The notes under the pieces were generated by a model, which was not told where the DNA came from, made no database searches, and was given only the letters and a program-made list of their open reading frames with translations. The translations under genes and the position numbers were made by a program. A DNA stretch of 59,045 bases, counting the filler, from Dugesia japonica (taxonomy: Eukaryota), in the NCBI GenBank assembly GCA_001938525.1. It is 6 parts of 6 records of this genome, joined end to end, with 100 filler letters (N's around TTAATTAATTAA, not from the genome) between each part and the next. Parts side by side here need not be neighbours in the genome. Positions count along the whole stretch, not along the records: positions 1 to 10,211 come from MQRL01592121.1; positions 10,312 to 18,822 come from MQRL01642767.1; 4 more parts are not named here. One strand, written 5' to 3'. Positions 1 to 11,166 of the stretch are shown piece by piece; the stretch's first letter is position 1; the number at the start of each line of letters is the position of its first letter.

Positions 1-357
1 ATGAATTAGAAGTGTTTCAGAATATATTTTGATATCTAATAAATATTTATAATAGATTGGTGTTGTATTTTAACCTAACATTATTTATTTAAATTTAAGA
101 CAAAATTTTCGTTCACGTTAAAAATTTTATTTATTAAGAATTTTACTTTATTTTTCAATCGTTATTCTTGAAATTTAAAATGGAAATTTTTATTTATTTA
201 ATTAGCGAAATTTTCATTTACTGAAAAATTTTAATTTATTATTAAACCAAAAATTTATTATTTAAATTTTTCATCAATAATTTAAATATTTCTTCTAAAC
301 AAAAGATTTTAAAAAAATGATCACCAATCACACAAAAATTTCAACTCGCTTTTCAAC

Positions 358-1900
358 TCACAATTCCCTTTTGTAAGAAAATCCTTGATCTTCTCTACGC
401 TTGATTTTCTCTATGTAAAGTCTGTCGTGAACTTCCCTCTTGATCTTATAAGGTCTTTTATAACCATCTTGGTTCTTGCTTCTAGTTTCAATTTTCACAA
501 AGACTTCATCACCGACACCGAACTGTCTTTTGGTTAACATCTCTTCATCTTGGTCTTTATGCACTCATTGAGTTTTATTTTCGTACCGTTTTTCTCAGCT
601 AATTCTCTTTCCTAATATCATTTCAGAAGGGCTTTTCCCGATGGTTTTCTGTTTTGTAGCATTTAAGATAAATTCTATCTCTGGCAATACATCCGCCCAA
701 TCTGAGATTTTTCTTTCTTTAAGTGTTGCATTTATCATATCCCGCATAGTTCTAAACTGCCGATTTGTCCATTTGTGTTATGATGATATAGATTCAAAAA
801 CCTGAGGGTAATTCCATGTTTAGCTGCAAAATCTTTCATTGATTTAAACTCAAATCCTCTTCCACAATCAACTTGAATTTCTCTCGGACACCCGAAGTTT
901 AATAAATACTTCTCCATTATTGCTTTCCGTATGGTATCTTCATCTTGTCTTGTCATTGTTATCATGGCTAAATACTTACTGCATTGATCTATTATACCGA
1001 GAACATATTTCTTTCGGCCTCTTGTCTCCGGCAGTGGTCCACAAACATCTATAAATAACAGTTCAAACATTTAGACTGTCTGCGTCATTTTCGTTTCTTC
1101 CTTCGTTTTTGTTGTCAACACTTTAGCTTTTTGGCATGTTATACAACTTCAGACAATTTCTTGTACTTTGCTTCACAAAATTTTTGCGTTATATTTATGC
1201 TTTATATACACTGCTAATTTTTCTGCTCCAGCTTGACACAAAAGATGGTGTATCCTCATTATAACTTCTTCTACTTTATCATCAGGTATTCATGTTCCTT
1301 CACCATTTTCTCCAAAATAGCCTTGCTTTTCTTGAATATCTACTGTATTTAACATTTATGTTTTTAATTTTCCACTTTTGGAATCTTCATGTGACATTAG
1401 ACATTGTGCACATGTATCACATTTACTCCTTGACAACGAGTAAAAATTAGTAATGCGAAATCAGCACAGAAGGAAATTCTTTTCAATATATCCTACAGAT
1501 TTTCACTCTCATCTAATTCTACTGTTTGCATTATTTTCTCCTCCACCTTTTCTGGATCTGAGTCTTGTAAATTAGTAATGGTAAGACCGAGCTCAAAATA
1601 CATATTTATCCATAACTGCCCGCAAGTCTCTTTTCGTTTCATCTTCTTGCGCATATGAAATTTAAACTTCGTGTATTGATTCTTCCTCATCTTATAGGGA
1701 AGGACCTAATTCGTCCTCGTTCTCCAGTATCCTTACTAATTTCTAGATTGTAAAGTTTTTTAAATTCCTCCGTCTTCTTAGTCTCGGAGTGAGGTGCTCC
1801 AGTCATACTTTTCGGTTGGATGTGATCCATCAATTGTTCTCTGACTTTTAAACAGATTCTACGGATACTATTAGCATCCTTTTCGCTTTTGAAGTTTGTT
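358..1900 (-). mobile_element. Ty3/Gypsy LTR-retrotransposon remnant: gag-like fragment, end of RNase H, integrase (HHCC finger, DDE core, C-terminal domain); PR/RT deleted
   Basis: ORF 735-1070 has the rve core (FIDVCGPLP..KKYVLGIIDQCSK..FGCPREIQVDCG..YHHNTNGQI). 1075-1260 reads IHHLLCQAG..CITCQKAK (HHCC). 358-564 reads FGVGDEVFVK (C-terminal domain). A purine tract AAAAGGGAA followed by TGTGAG at ~362 suggests PPT and 3' LTR start. Many stops and frameshifts. Confidence 0.85.
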
Positions 1901-2639
1901 ACTATTGAAGTATTATTAGAGGAAATTTTATCTTCTATGTATCTTAGGCTATAAACACTGATTTTTTATCAAAAGATTTTCAAAACAAGGTGTATTTGCA
2001 AAATCTCTATTGCCCAATATTTGTGTAGTTGGAAAATCTACTTCATTTATAAATTTTTTAATATTAATACCTACTATAATGCGACTATCTAAGAATTTTC
2101 GTATTTTCTTCTAGAAGTTCTTTCCTTCTCCAATGCCACCCCGTTGATGATTTCTAGAGTAGAATGCTTTTCAAAGAAGATTGGTGTTGCTGTACAGGAC
2201 ACTAAAACTGTGAATGGTCTATTTATTGCATGAATCCATAAATTAGATGCTTTAAACTTATTTTTATATGCGGGAATACATCCATGATATTTGCCATTTC
2301 TCGGCCATAAATTGTTGTGATAAACATTGTCATCATTAGAGTATTAAAAAATTTAAACTTATTAAAAATTGCAATCGTTTCGTAACGCGCGTAATTGCTA
2401 TAATATTTAATTTCTGTAAAAGAATTATCTCATATCTGTCGATACACTTGTTTTTCTTTGTAAATCACATGGGCGTATGTTTCGATTCTTGGGAAAGTCA
2501 TCCAAGCTTTGTAAATGGGTCCCACTTAATTTTTCAAATGAAAACAAGCTCCGAAGATTTACAATTTGTTTGTATCTGATACTTCATAAAATCTCTTCAT
2601 ATCCTTGATTATTTATTTTAGCAATAACAAGTCAGGTCA

Positions 2640-3210
2640 CCATCGGTAGTCACTGCAGGATTTCATATAACACATAAAAAAACCCCGATTCATGTCTCAA
2701 AGGTTCTGGTTTTTTTTGGTGAACTGAAGCTGGTATTGTGAATTACGATTTTTGAACAATAATTAAACAGTAACAGATTTACACAGAACAATTTAAACGT
2801 GCCAAAAGAATATTGCTTCAGAAACAACTTGTGCTAATAAATATAAATCAAGTGATACTGTTACAAGAAAATTCAAGGCTTTTTATTGGAAAAACCATGC
2901 GACAAAAATTGAATCCCTGCAATCAGAAATTCTGTCACATTAACCTTATTTTCTGAATGGACTATTACCTATTTTTAGTTATAGGAAATCATTTCAAAAA
3001 TATTGAAGACATTTTAGCAGAAGTTAGCAGGTCTTTCGCATCAAAAGACACAGATTTTTATAAAAGTGGAATTTACAAACTAATGTCAGCTTAGAAATGT
3101 TGTTCATTATAACGATGACTATTTTTATTGTTTGATTTATATTTCAAATTTTATTTGACATTCATAGTTTTATAAACAAAAACCCCACGAACTTTCCGGT
3201 TCAACTGATA
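2640..3210 (+). mobile_element. Degenerate mariner transposase C-terminal half with right TIR
   Basis: Decayed motifs KPDFMSQKVL (KPGLHPKKVM), AGIVNYDF, VILLQENSR (LLHDNARPH), PYF..DYYLF (PYSPDL..DY.LF), FASKDTDFYKSGIYKL; ends in a TIR-like cacgaactttccggttcaactga followed by TA. Confidence 0.7.
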
Positions 3211-4349
3211 GAAGAACCAGTCTCTAAAATAATGTCTTACTCGAAAAATGTCAAATGTAAAAAATTTCATCTATATTTGTTTGATGAAAAGTGAGAAAAA
3301 GAAAATCGTCTGTTTTTGATCGACATTTTACCTAATATAAAATTTGAATTACAGACCAAATCAAAAATCGTGAAGTAACTGTTATTAGCTCTGATAATAC
3401 ATTTGTAATTGTATATATGGAATCGGAGCAGCTACAAAATGATTAATTCATTGTACAAAAATTGGGAAAAAATACAATTTCTGATCCAAGAGAAGTGAAT
3501 AAAAAATCCATTTTGAGTTGGATGTTAACGTTGCACATTCCTACCAAAACCTTAAAAGATGTAATACTATTAGCTGATAAACCAAGTAGTTATCAGGTTG
3601 AACTTAAAATGCTTATATACAGAAAGGCATGATCCAGCCAGGAAAGCTCCTTCCTATTAGATAAAAGAATGCTCAATAAGGTACCACAAATTAAGATATA
3701 TTCAAGCTATCAAGACGTATTGAAATTGAGAAGAAATATCCAAACACGTGTTTGCTAGTGATTTGAGGTAACCAAGTAGGTGATAACGAATATTTATTTG
3801 ATGTCTACTCATCGTCAAAAGTGGTAGCTTACCCTCCTTGTCCCTGATAAAGTAAGTCATGAATTACAATTTTCTCCAATTTTATTCCCAACGAAAGTTA
3901 TATAATCTATTTATTTAATTCCTTAATAATTTGCTTATTCAATTTATATTACATATTGTTTATTCTTTTCTCAACATAGTATGATTTTACATTTGTATGT
4001 TCATTGAAATTCTTTACTTTTCTAGCTGAGCCTAACTAATTATTGAAATTTGTCAGAATTTCGAAATTTTTATTTCGACATGAAGTTAATTCTTGTTATT
4101 ATGCGAGATTATTCTAATATTTCATTATACAATGTAAATTAGAAAGAGAGGTATACAGATTATAGATGGAGCTAACATAAAACGAGCACAACTGCTTTTA
4201 AAGGATTTATAAAAGTATAATAATAACTACTGTTCCTTAGCACTACCATTTTATTAGGCATCATGCTATTTTCTATATAACCTGAAAAATGCCCTTTTTT
4301 CATAAAAAAAATAATAAAATAATTTAGATAAAAAATAGAAAAATAAAAA

Positions 4350-4600
4350 ATTCTATGAAAAATTTTCCATGAAACATTTCCCATGAAAAATTTCCCATAA
4401 AAAATTCCACATAAAAAATCCACTATGAAAAATTTCCCATGAAAAATTCCTCGTAGAAAATTCCCTATGAAAAATTTGACACGAAAAATGCGCGATAAAA
4501 AATTCCCTATGAAAAATTTGACACAAAAAATCCTCCATAAAAAATTCCTCGTAGAAAATTTCCTATGAAAAGTTTGACACGAAAAATGCGCGGTAAAAAA
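4350..4600. repeat. Subterminal tandem array (~15-bp AAAAATT(T/C)CCATGA-type units with a ~60-bp higher-order duplication) upstream of Polinton pPolB
   Basis: Visible repeats; 4441-4500 is nearly duplicated at 4540-4598. ORFs 4172-4636 and 4353-4538 are by-products of this array. Confidence 0.85.
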
Positions 4601-4681
4601 AAATAAAAAAAAACCTCTTAAAGAGGATACTTCCATTTACCTCCTTTTTATATAAATATGATTAAAGTTTATCTTTATAAA

Positions 4682-7600
4682 ATGGTAGTAGAAACATTCA
4701 ATTGTAGTTACTGTAATAAAACCTTTAAAAAAAGGAGCTCTTAAAACTCATAAAAAAATATGCATGAGTTGTTAAATCCAACACCATGTGAAAAGTGTCA
4801 TGTGGTTTTTAGATCACCTATACATTATGAAAAACATAAAATGTCATCATTATGTTGGAATCCGATGGATGTAAGTTTAACATGTGAAATTTGTAATAAA
4901 AGATTTTCAAACCAAGGTGCAGCAAAAACTAATTATGCAAGTAGAAATCATAAAAGATTAATTCCTAATATAGAAATAATAGAACAAGAGACTGCAGAAC
5001 TTATGAATGTTTTTGGAATTAATATGTATAGAGGTTATAAAATACAATATTTTAAAGAGAGTAAAGTTGATTTTATAAAAGACATTTCTGACGAGGAAGT
5101 TAAAGTATTGACTTCTTACCATGATGAGTTAAAAGAAATAACAATAAGATTTTTTAACTTAAGAGCAGAAATAAATACTAGACTTTCTTCATTATGTTTA
5201 TATTCAAAAACTATAGAGGGAAAAGATGTGAAAAGAGAATTTAGATCTTATGCGAGTAATAAAAAAATAATAATGTTTGTAGAAATTGATCTGGTCATAG
5301 GAAAATTAATTGATGATATAGATAAATATACAACTAATAAAGCAAAAGCTGAAAGTGGATGGACTGTTGAATTTATAATAAATTTTACATTTACTCTTGA
5401 ACGATATAAATCACTAGCAGGGACTTATGTCAAGTTACCATTTATTAAAAAGGGAGTTGTAAATATAATTAATAATGATAATAGATGTTTTCTATATTCT
5501 GTTTTGGCACACAAGCACATTTACACAGATCCAACAAGACAAAGTCATTATATGCAGCACATTGATGAATTAAATTTAACAGGTATTGAATTTTCTACTA
5601 AACTTCGACATGTGCAAATGTTTGAAAGATTAAATAAATGGAAAATTAATTTTTTAGAATTAAAAATAATAAATGGAGAAAAAATATTACAAGCATTAAA
5701 GATTCCTCATCATGATGCAAATCCAGGACCTGAAGAAAATAAATGTAATTTATTGTTTTATAAAAATCATTATATTTTATGCAGAGATGTAGATGGATTT
5801 ATTTCTGTTGGTTATAGAAAAAAAATATGTTTAAATTGCATGAATTATTATGTAAGTGTAAATTTATTTACTAAACATCAAAGACAATGTATTTATTTTA
5901 AACCTCAAGAAATAAAATTTCCAACAAAAGAATATTACTCATTTGATGATTATAATTTTATGATTCCAACCCCATTTGTAGTTTATGCAGATTTTGAGGC
6001 GGGAATCAATTCAACAACAAATATACAAATGCCAATAGCTGTAGGTATTTATATTCATAGTCGACATCAAGAATTAATAAAAAATTGTTATAAAATTTTT
6101 TGGAGGAAATGTTATAATAGAATTTATAAGATATTTAAATCTATTAAATAAAAAAATATATGAAATTCTTGATTCAAGATNNNNNNNNNNNNNNNNNNNN
6201 NNNNNNNNNNNNNNNNNNNNNNNNNNNNNNATGTTATAATAGAATTTATAAGATATTTAAATCTATTAAATAAAAAAATATATGAAATTCTTGATTCAAG
6301 ATCATACGCTAAAATTAATAAAAAACCTAGAAGTTTTAAAGATGAATGCTTTTATTGTAAAAAAAATTAAATGAAGATCCAGAAGAAGTTTACAACTTTT
6401 TCAATGGAAAATTTATTGGTCCTGCACATGAAATTTTTAATAAAAAATATAAAAACATAAAGAAAAATTTCTTTGTACCATTTTATTTCCATAATGCAGG
6501 TGGTTATGATAATCATCTTTTCTTTAAAGAATTATTAGAAAAATACCCATCAAACATTACAGATATAATTCCACGCAATGATGAAGTTTATATTTCTTTT
6601 AGATTTAAAAAAATAAAATTTCTTGATTTATGTCCATTAATTACAATTGAAAAAATGGGAGAAAATTTAAAAGATCTTGGAATATATCCAATTTTTAAAT
6701 CTTTTAATTTAGAACCCAAAAAAGTTGTTTTTCCTTATGAATAGGCAAGAGGAGATAATATAAAAGAAGTGATGGAAATATTAAAAAGTAATAGAATACC
6801 AACAAGGGAAGAATGTTACAACACATTAAACAGCAAGAAATATCAGAAAAAGATTATAAACAATTTCTTGAAGATCTTAGTAAATTTCCTAATCTCTGGG
6901 AATACTTGCTACACTACATGAAACTTGATGTAATAATTCTTGCAGATTTTTTCCAAGATTTTAGAAAGACTTCTATGGGAAATTATGGAATCGATCCATG
7001 TTTTAATTACTCTTTATCAGTAGTTACATGGTCAGCAGGAATGAAATTTACAGGAGTTGAGTTATTATATGCAAAACCAGAAACCTATGATTACTTTTTA
7101 AAAAATGAAGAAGGAATTCGCGGAAGAGTATCTGCTGAAACCGGAGAAAGACAAGTATTTAGTTATACTAAAGATGAACCTTTTAAGAGAATAACAGAAG
7201 TTGAGAAAGAATATTTATTAAAATTAATGGAAAGTGGAGGAACTATTCCAGAAGAATTTTTCGAGGAATAATTTTTAAAATATATTGATCAAAACAGTTT
7301 ATATTCAGCTTGCATGAAAAGACCACTTCCAACTGGAGAGTTTACAGAATATACTGATTTAACATATGAAAAAGCGACACCCGAGCTCAATTTTCTCTGT
7401 GAAGTGGATTTAGATTATCCATGAGAAAACGAGGTATTTCCCATTAGCACCCGAAAGGTTAAATATACAAGATGAAATGTTGAGCCCATACCAAAGAAGT
7501 TTTAATAAAAAACTTCCCAAAGATAATTTAAAATTAACACTAAATCAATTCGAAAAAAAAATTACATTATTCTAGGAAGCACTTTAGATTTATATCTTGA

Positions 7601-8486
7601 ACTTGGAATGGTGTTGAAAAAAATTCATGTAAAATATAAAGTGCCGATGAGACCATGGTTTAAAGATTATATTCTTTTTAACGTTGAGAAATTTGACATT
7701 TAAAATGTCAAATAATGCATTTTATGGAAAAGCCTTGGAAAACCCAAGAAAATATACCAAGTTTGAAATGGAGGGATCTGACAAAGACTTTCGTTAAGAC
7801 TTTCAGGTTTGCATCAAGACCAGCTTATATTTATTCAAAAACATTTTCAGAAAATACATGCGCAATGCACATGTTACAATCTTATGTAAAATATAATAAA
7901 TTTCCTTTCATCGGTTTCACAGTATTGGAATATGCGAAAGAGCAAATGTATGATTTTGTGTATAAAAAGATGGCACCAGCAATTAGAACAGAAAATTATA
8001 AAATTCACTACACCGACACTGATTCATTGTTTGTAGAAATCAGAGGGCGNNNNNNNNNNNNNNNNNNNNNNNNNNNNNNNNNNNNNNNNNNNNNNNNNNN
8101 NNNNNNNNNNNGTATAATTTTACAATGTGATTTTATAAAGTCAAAAACTTATGGAGTTTTATTTGTATATGATGATGGAAGAACATAATTTAAACCAGTT
8201 CATAAGGGAATTTCTTTATCCAACAAATTAAAAATGGAACAGTTTGAAAATGTTTTAAAAAATCCAAATAAAATAGTTTATGGAAGGAATTATAGATTAA
8301 AAATCAGACTGTCATGAAGTTAAATTAGATTATCAAGATAAAATTGCATTAACTGCTTTTGATGACAAAGTTTTGATTGAAATAAACGGAATTATAACTT
8401 GGCCACATGGAAATCAATTTTGGTGTACAAGATGTGAAACGTGGCATTTTAGGTTAGATCTTTTATGGGGTAGATTAGACTGTTAA
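4682..8486 (+). pseudogene. polB: Polinton/Maverick protein-primed family-B DNA polymerase (pPolB) with three N-terminal zinc fingers; full length but frameshifted
   Basis: ATG 4682 CSYCNKTF..LKTHKKNMH, CEKCHVVF..H, CEICNKRF; ESGW; NNDNRCFLYS..HYIL (OTU-like); ExoI VYADFE (~5980); ExoII FHNAGGYDNH (~6487); KVVFPYE; ExoIII YMKLDVIIL; GIRGRVS; motif A YIDQNSLYSACM (~7281); motif B KMSNNAFYGK (~7702); motif C YTDTDSLF (~8009); KSKTY, HKGI, LTAFDDK..TWPHG; stop at 8484-8486. Confidence 0.95.
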
Positions 8487-9029
8487 TTTTTTTAAATCAA
8501 ACTTTGGATTTTCAATTTTAGATTTTAAAATTATTTTATGATTTTCACGAATCATAGATTTACTTGTAGAAATTTCTTCATCACTTAAAATATTATCATT
8601 TAAGGCTTTCTGTTGAAATATGAAAAGTTTATTTTTAACTGCCTCTAATTTTACAATAAGATTACTATACTTCTTTTGAATTAAAGATAAATTCAATGCA
8701 CCGGTAATTGGAATTGTAGAACCTATTCCAGTTATTATGGGAAGACCAATTGTATTAATTCCTATTCCAATAGGAGTTACAAAAATTACACCAACAATGA
8801 CAACGCCGGTTCCAATTATAATTTGAGCAACTTTTATTCCGTGATCGGCGGCGGCTCATTTTGCATAAAATTTTCGATAATGTTTTATTTTATCATTTAA
8901 AAAGTAAAGGTCATTTTCGAAATCTTTAATTCTTAAAGATGATAATTTACTTTTTAAATCTTCAAGTGTATAGGAATTTATTTCTTGTTGATAATTTTTT
9001 ATATGGGGATATAATGATTCTTCTACCAT
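8475..9029 (-). pseudogene. Polinton-associated two-TM membrane protein (184 codons, one internal TGA)
   Basis: ATG 9029 MVEESLYPHI..RIKDFENDLYFLNDKIKHY, then a Gly-rich hydrophobic hairpin (IIIGTGVVIVGVIFVTPIGIGINTIGLPIITGIG) and KALNDNILSDEEI. In frame with ORF 8475-8696. The pattern is recalled from invertebrate Polinton accessory genes. Confidence 0.7.
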
Positions 9030-9047
9030 TTTAATATAGGAAATTTT

Positions 9048-9464
9048 TTATAGTTCATCGAATATTTCTTTTATTTGACTTTTAGAATTAGCAGTTATAA
9101 TAATAAGGTTGTTAATATAAATATTTCTTGGCAAAATTAAATGAAATTTTTTTATGACTACGCTTATCAGTAGATTAGGTGGAATATTATTATTAATTTT
9201 ACCACCCTTTAATTTTAAGGTATTTATTTCTAATTTAAATTTTCCTAGTTTTTCAAATGTAAAATTTACAATTTCATCAGAACCAATAAAATTGATAATA
9301 ATACTAAATTTATGTATTTTTGTATATCCAGAAATAAGAGCGTATATTGGACCAAGTTTTTCAACAGCTGTAAAATAAAGTTTTAAAGGATTAGCAAGAA
9401 AAAAAAATAATGTTTTTCCAAAATATTCCCAGCGACCACTTATTATTACTTTTTCTAAACTCAT
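9048..9464 (-). CDS. Uncharacterised Polinton ORF, possibly the frameshifted C-terminal part of the fibre-like gene
   Basis: 138-aa ORF tightly packed between Polinton genes; coding-like sequence continues upstream (NDPLFPWILEYQKIK, ~9690-9775). Confidence 0.4.
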   Translation of the reverse strand: MSLEKVIISGRWEYFGKTLFFFLANPLKLYFTAVEKLGPIYALISGYTKIHKFSIIINFIGSDEIVNFTFEKLGKFKLEINTLKLKGGKINNNIPPNLLISVVIKKFHLILPRNIYINNLIIITANSKSQIKEIFDEL

Positions 9465-9765
9465 ATAAACTTTTTCAATAGACTAATATGGAAATCTATT
9501 ATTATTTTTACGAAAAAATAACATTTTAAAACATATATATAATTCTAAGTAAACATCATTCCATAGTAAATAATTATCAACTAATTCTTTTAATTTTTCT
9601 AATACTAATGAAGATTTAGTTTTTATATATATTTCTCAATTTTCATTAATTTTTTTCACATGATCTGGGTGAAGACTTTTTTTTATCTTTTGATATTCTA
9701 AAATCCAAGGAAATAAAGGATCATTTTTTAATAAAGAAATTTCTTTTTTCTCCGCAGGATTAATT

Positions 9766-10211
9766 TCATTCTTCACCAATATTTTGTTTTCTTAAACATT
9801 CAATTTCTTTTTTTAATTTTTCAACATCATCTTTTATTTGATAAAAAAACTTTAAAATAAATTGTTTGAGAAATTTATTATTTACTAGATCATCTTCTTC
9901 TTTAGGGTCATTAGAAATTTTAATGGTTTTTAATTTACTTTCAACCATTTTTAAATTTTCTTCATTATTAGTTTTAAATTTACTTTCGAAAAATTTTAAA
10001 TTTTCTACATTATTAGTTTTAAGGAATTTTAAATTTACTGCATCAAGTTCATCTTTGGGAGCATCAAAAATTTTTAAGGATTTAATTCTATCCCCAGACT
10101 CATTTACAAATCTTTTTTCATTGCTTGCATCTTGTATTCTTAGTTTGCTTGAAATTTGATTTAAGATTTCAGCATCATTCATCATTTGTGAGCTTTCTCC
10201 AAATATGTTCA
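9766..10211 (-). CDS. Polinton fibre-like protein (N-terminal part)
   Basis: Starts (M)NIFGESSQ at the scaffold edge; two repeats PKDELDAVNLKFL / PKEEDDLVNNKFL resemble the P-x4-DA(V/A)xK-x-Y stalk/neck repeat of fibres and trimeric adhesins; followed by a coiled coil. Confidence 0.55.
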
Positions 10212-10311
10212 NNNNNNNNNNNNNNNNNNNNNNNNNNNNNNNNNNNNNNNNNNNNTTAATTAATTAANNNNNNNNNNNNNNNNNNNNNNNNNNNNNNNNN
10301 NNNNNNNNNNN
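10212..10311. other. Artificial scaffold-joining spacer N44-TTAATTAATTAA-N44 (also at 18823-18922, 27883-27982, 36343-36442, 44915-45014)
   Basis: The identical 100-nt block occurs five times; TTAATTAATTAA puts stops in all six frames. Confidence 0.97.
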
Positions 10312-11069
10312 TGCACTTTATTCACCTTATTTACATTTATTATTATAATTTAAATGGTTTGGAAATTCGGATTATTAAACATTTTGAATTTTCATAACAA
10401 ATCAATACTTATAAAAAAATTATTAATTAGAATTAATATCATTTTAATTTCAAACAATTCTTTTAAATTTTAATTTTTTAAGAGATTAAACATCAAGTTA
10501 CAGTTTTTATTATAAAATAACTTCTTTTTTACAATTTTAAATTTTTTTAATTTATTAAAATTTGAATTTGTAATATCTTTTTTTAAGTTTTCATTGTTAA
10601 AAAGTGAAAAGTCGAGTTACCGATTTTTGTTATAAGATTAATTTATTTTTACAATTTAAAACTATGTTAAATTTCAATTGTAATATATAATAAACTTTAA
10701 AAATTTAATATAATATATTTAATATTTTTATAAAATATTGTTAATGAACTTCTAAATTTTCTTATTGAATTGCGCTTATTTTAATTTTTTGAATAAGATT
10801 TATAATTGTAAAGAATAAATTTTTTTTAAAAACATCTTTTTAAATTGGATATTGAATTTCGCTTGTTTATAAATTTATAAAAAAAATAATTTATAAAAAT
10901 TTCTTTTTAAATTATTTCTTTTAATGAATTTAAATATCAAAATTATTTTAGAACAAATTTAATTTTATAATAATTAATGGATAATTTTTCTAAAAATATT
11001 TATTTTGCAAATTCACATAAAATTGTGTTCGTCTAATTTTTGAGAAAATTTATTCGAGAAATTACATTT

Positions 11070-11166
11070 CATATAAAATAAAACCTTCGATCAAAATTTT
11101 TGTTTTTTCATTGATATTTGATAGCAATTCATATTTTGACTTAGTCTGCTTTAGGAATTGACTTTT
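11070..11166 (-). repeat. Degenerate copy of hammerhead-ribozyme repeat
   Basis: aaaataaaaccttcgatcaaaattttt..caattcatattttgacttagtctgctttaggaattgacttt matches the 38.7/48.7/52.0 kb copies; catalytic core is mutated. Confidence 0.75.

Noticed and set aside
4172-4636. 154-aa Phe/Gly/Ile-rich ORF
   Set aside because: Translation of the antisense strand of a 15-bp tandem repeat.
4720-4760. Programmed frameshifting in the first zinc finger
   Set aside because: The indels lie in poly-A runs and the gene has many other lesions; decay or homopolymer error is simpler.
6111-6302. Tandem duplication inside pPolB
   Set aside because: The same ~70 bp lies on both sides of an N gap; an unmerged contig overlap.
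9154-10159. + strand ORFs 9154-9378 and 9866-10159 (also 25196-25417, 25600-25845, 26900-27094, 27354-27659)
   Set aside because: Antisense shadows of Polinton genes on the opposite strand.
10256-10267. Recurrent TTAATTAATTAA every ~8.5-9 kb
   Set aside because: Always centred in an identical 100-nt N block; an assembly linker, not a biological motif.
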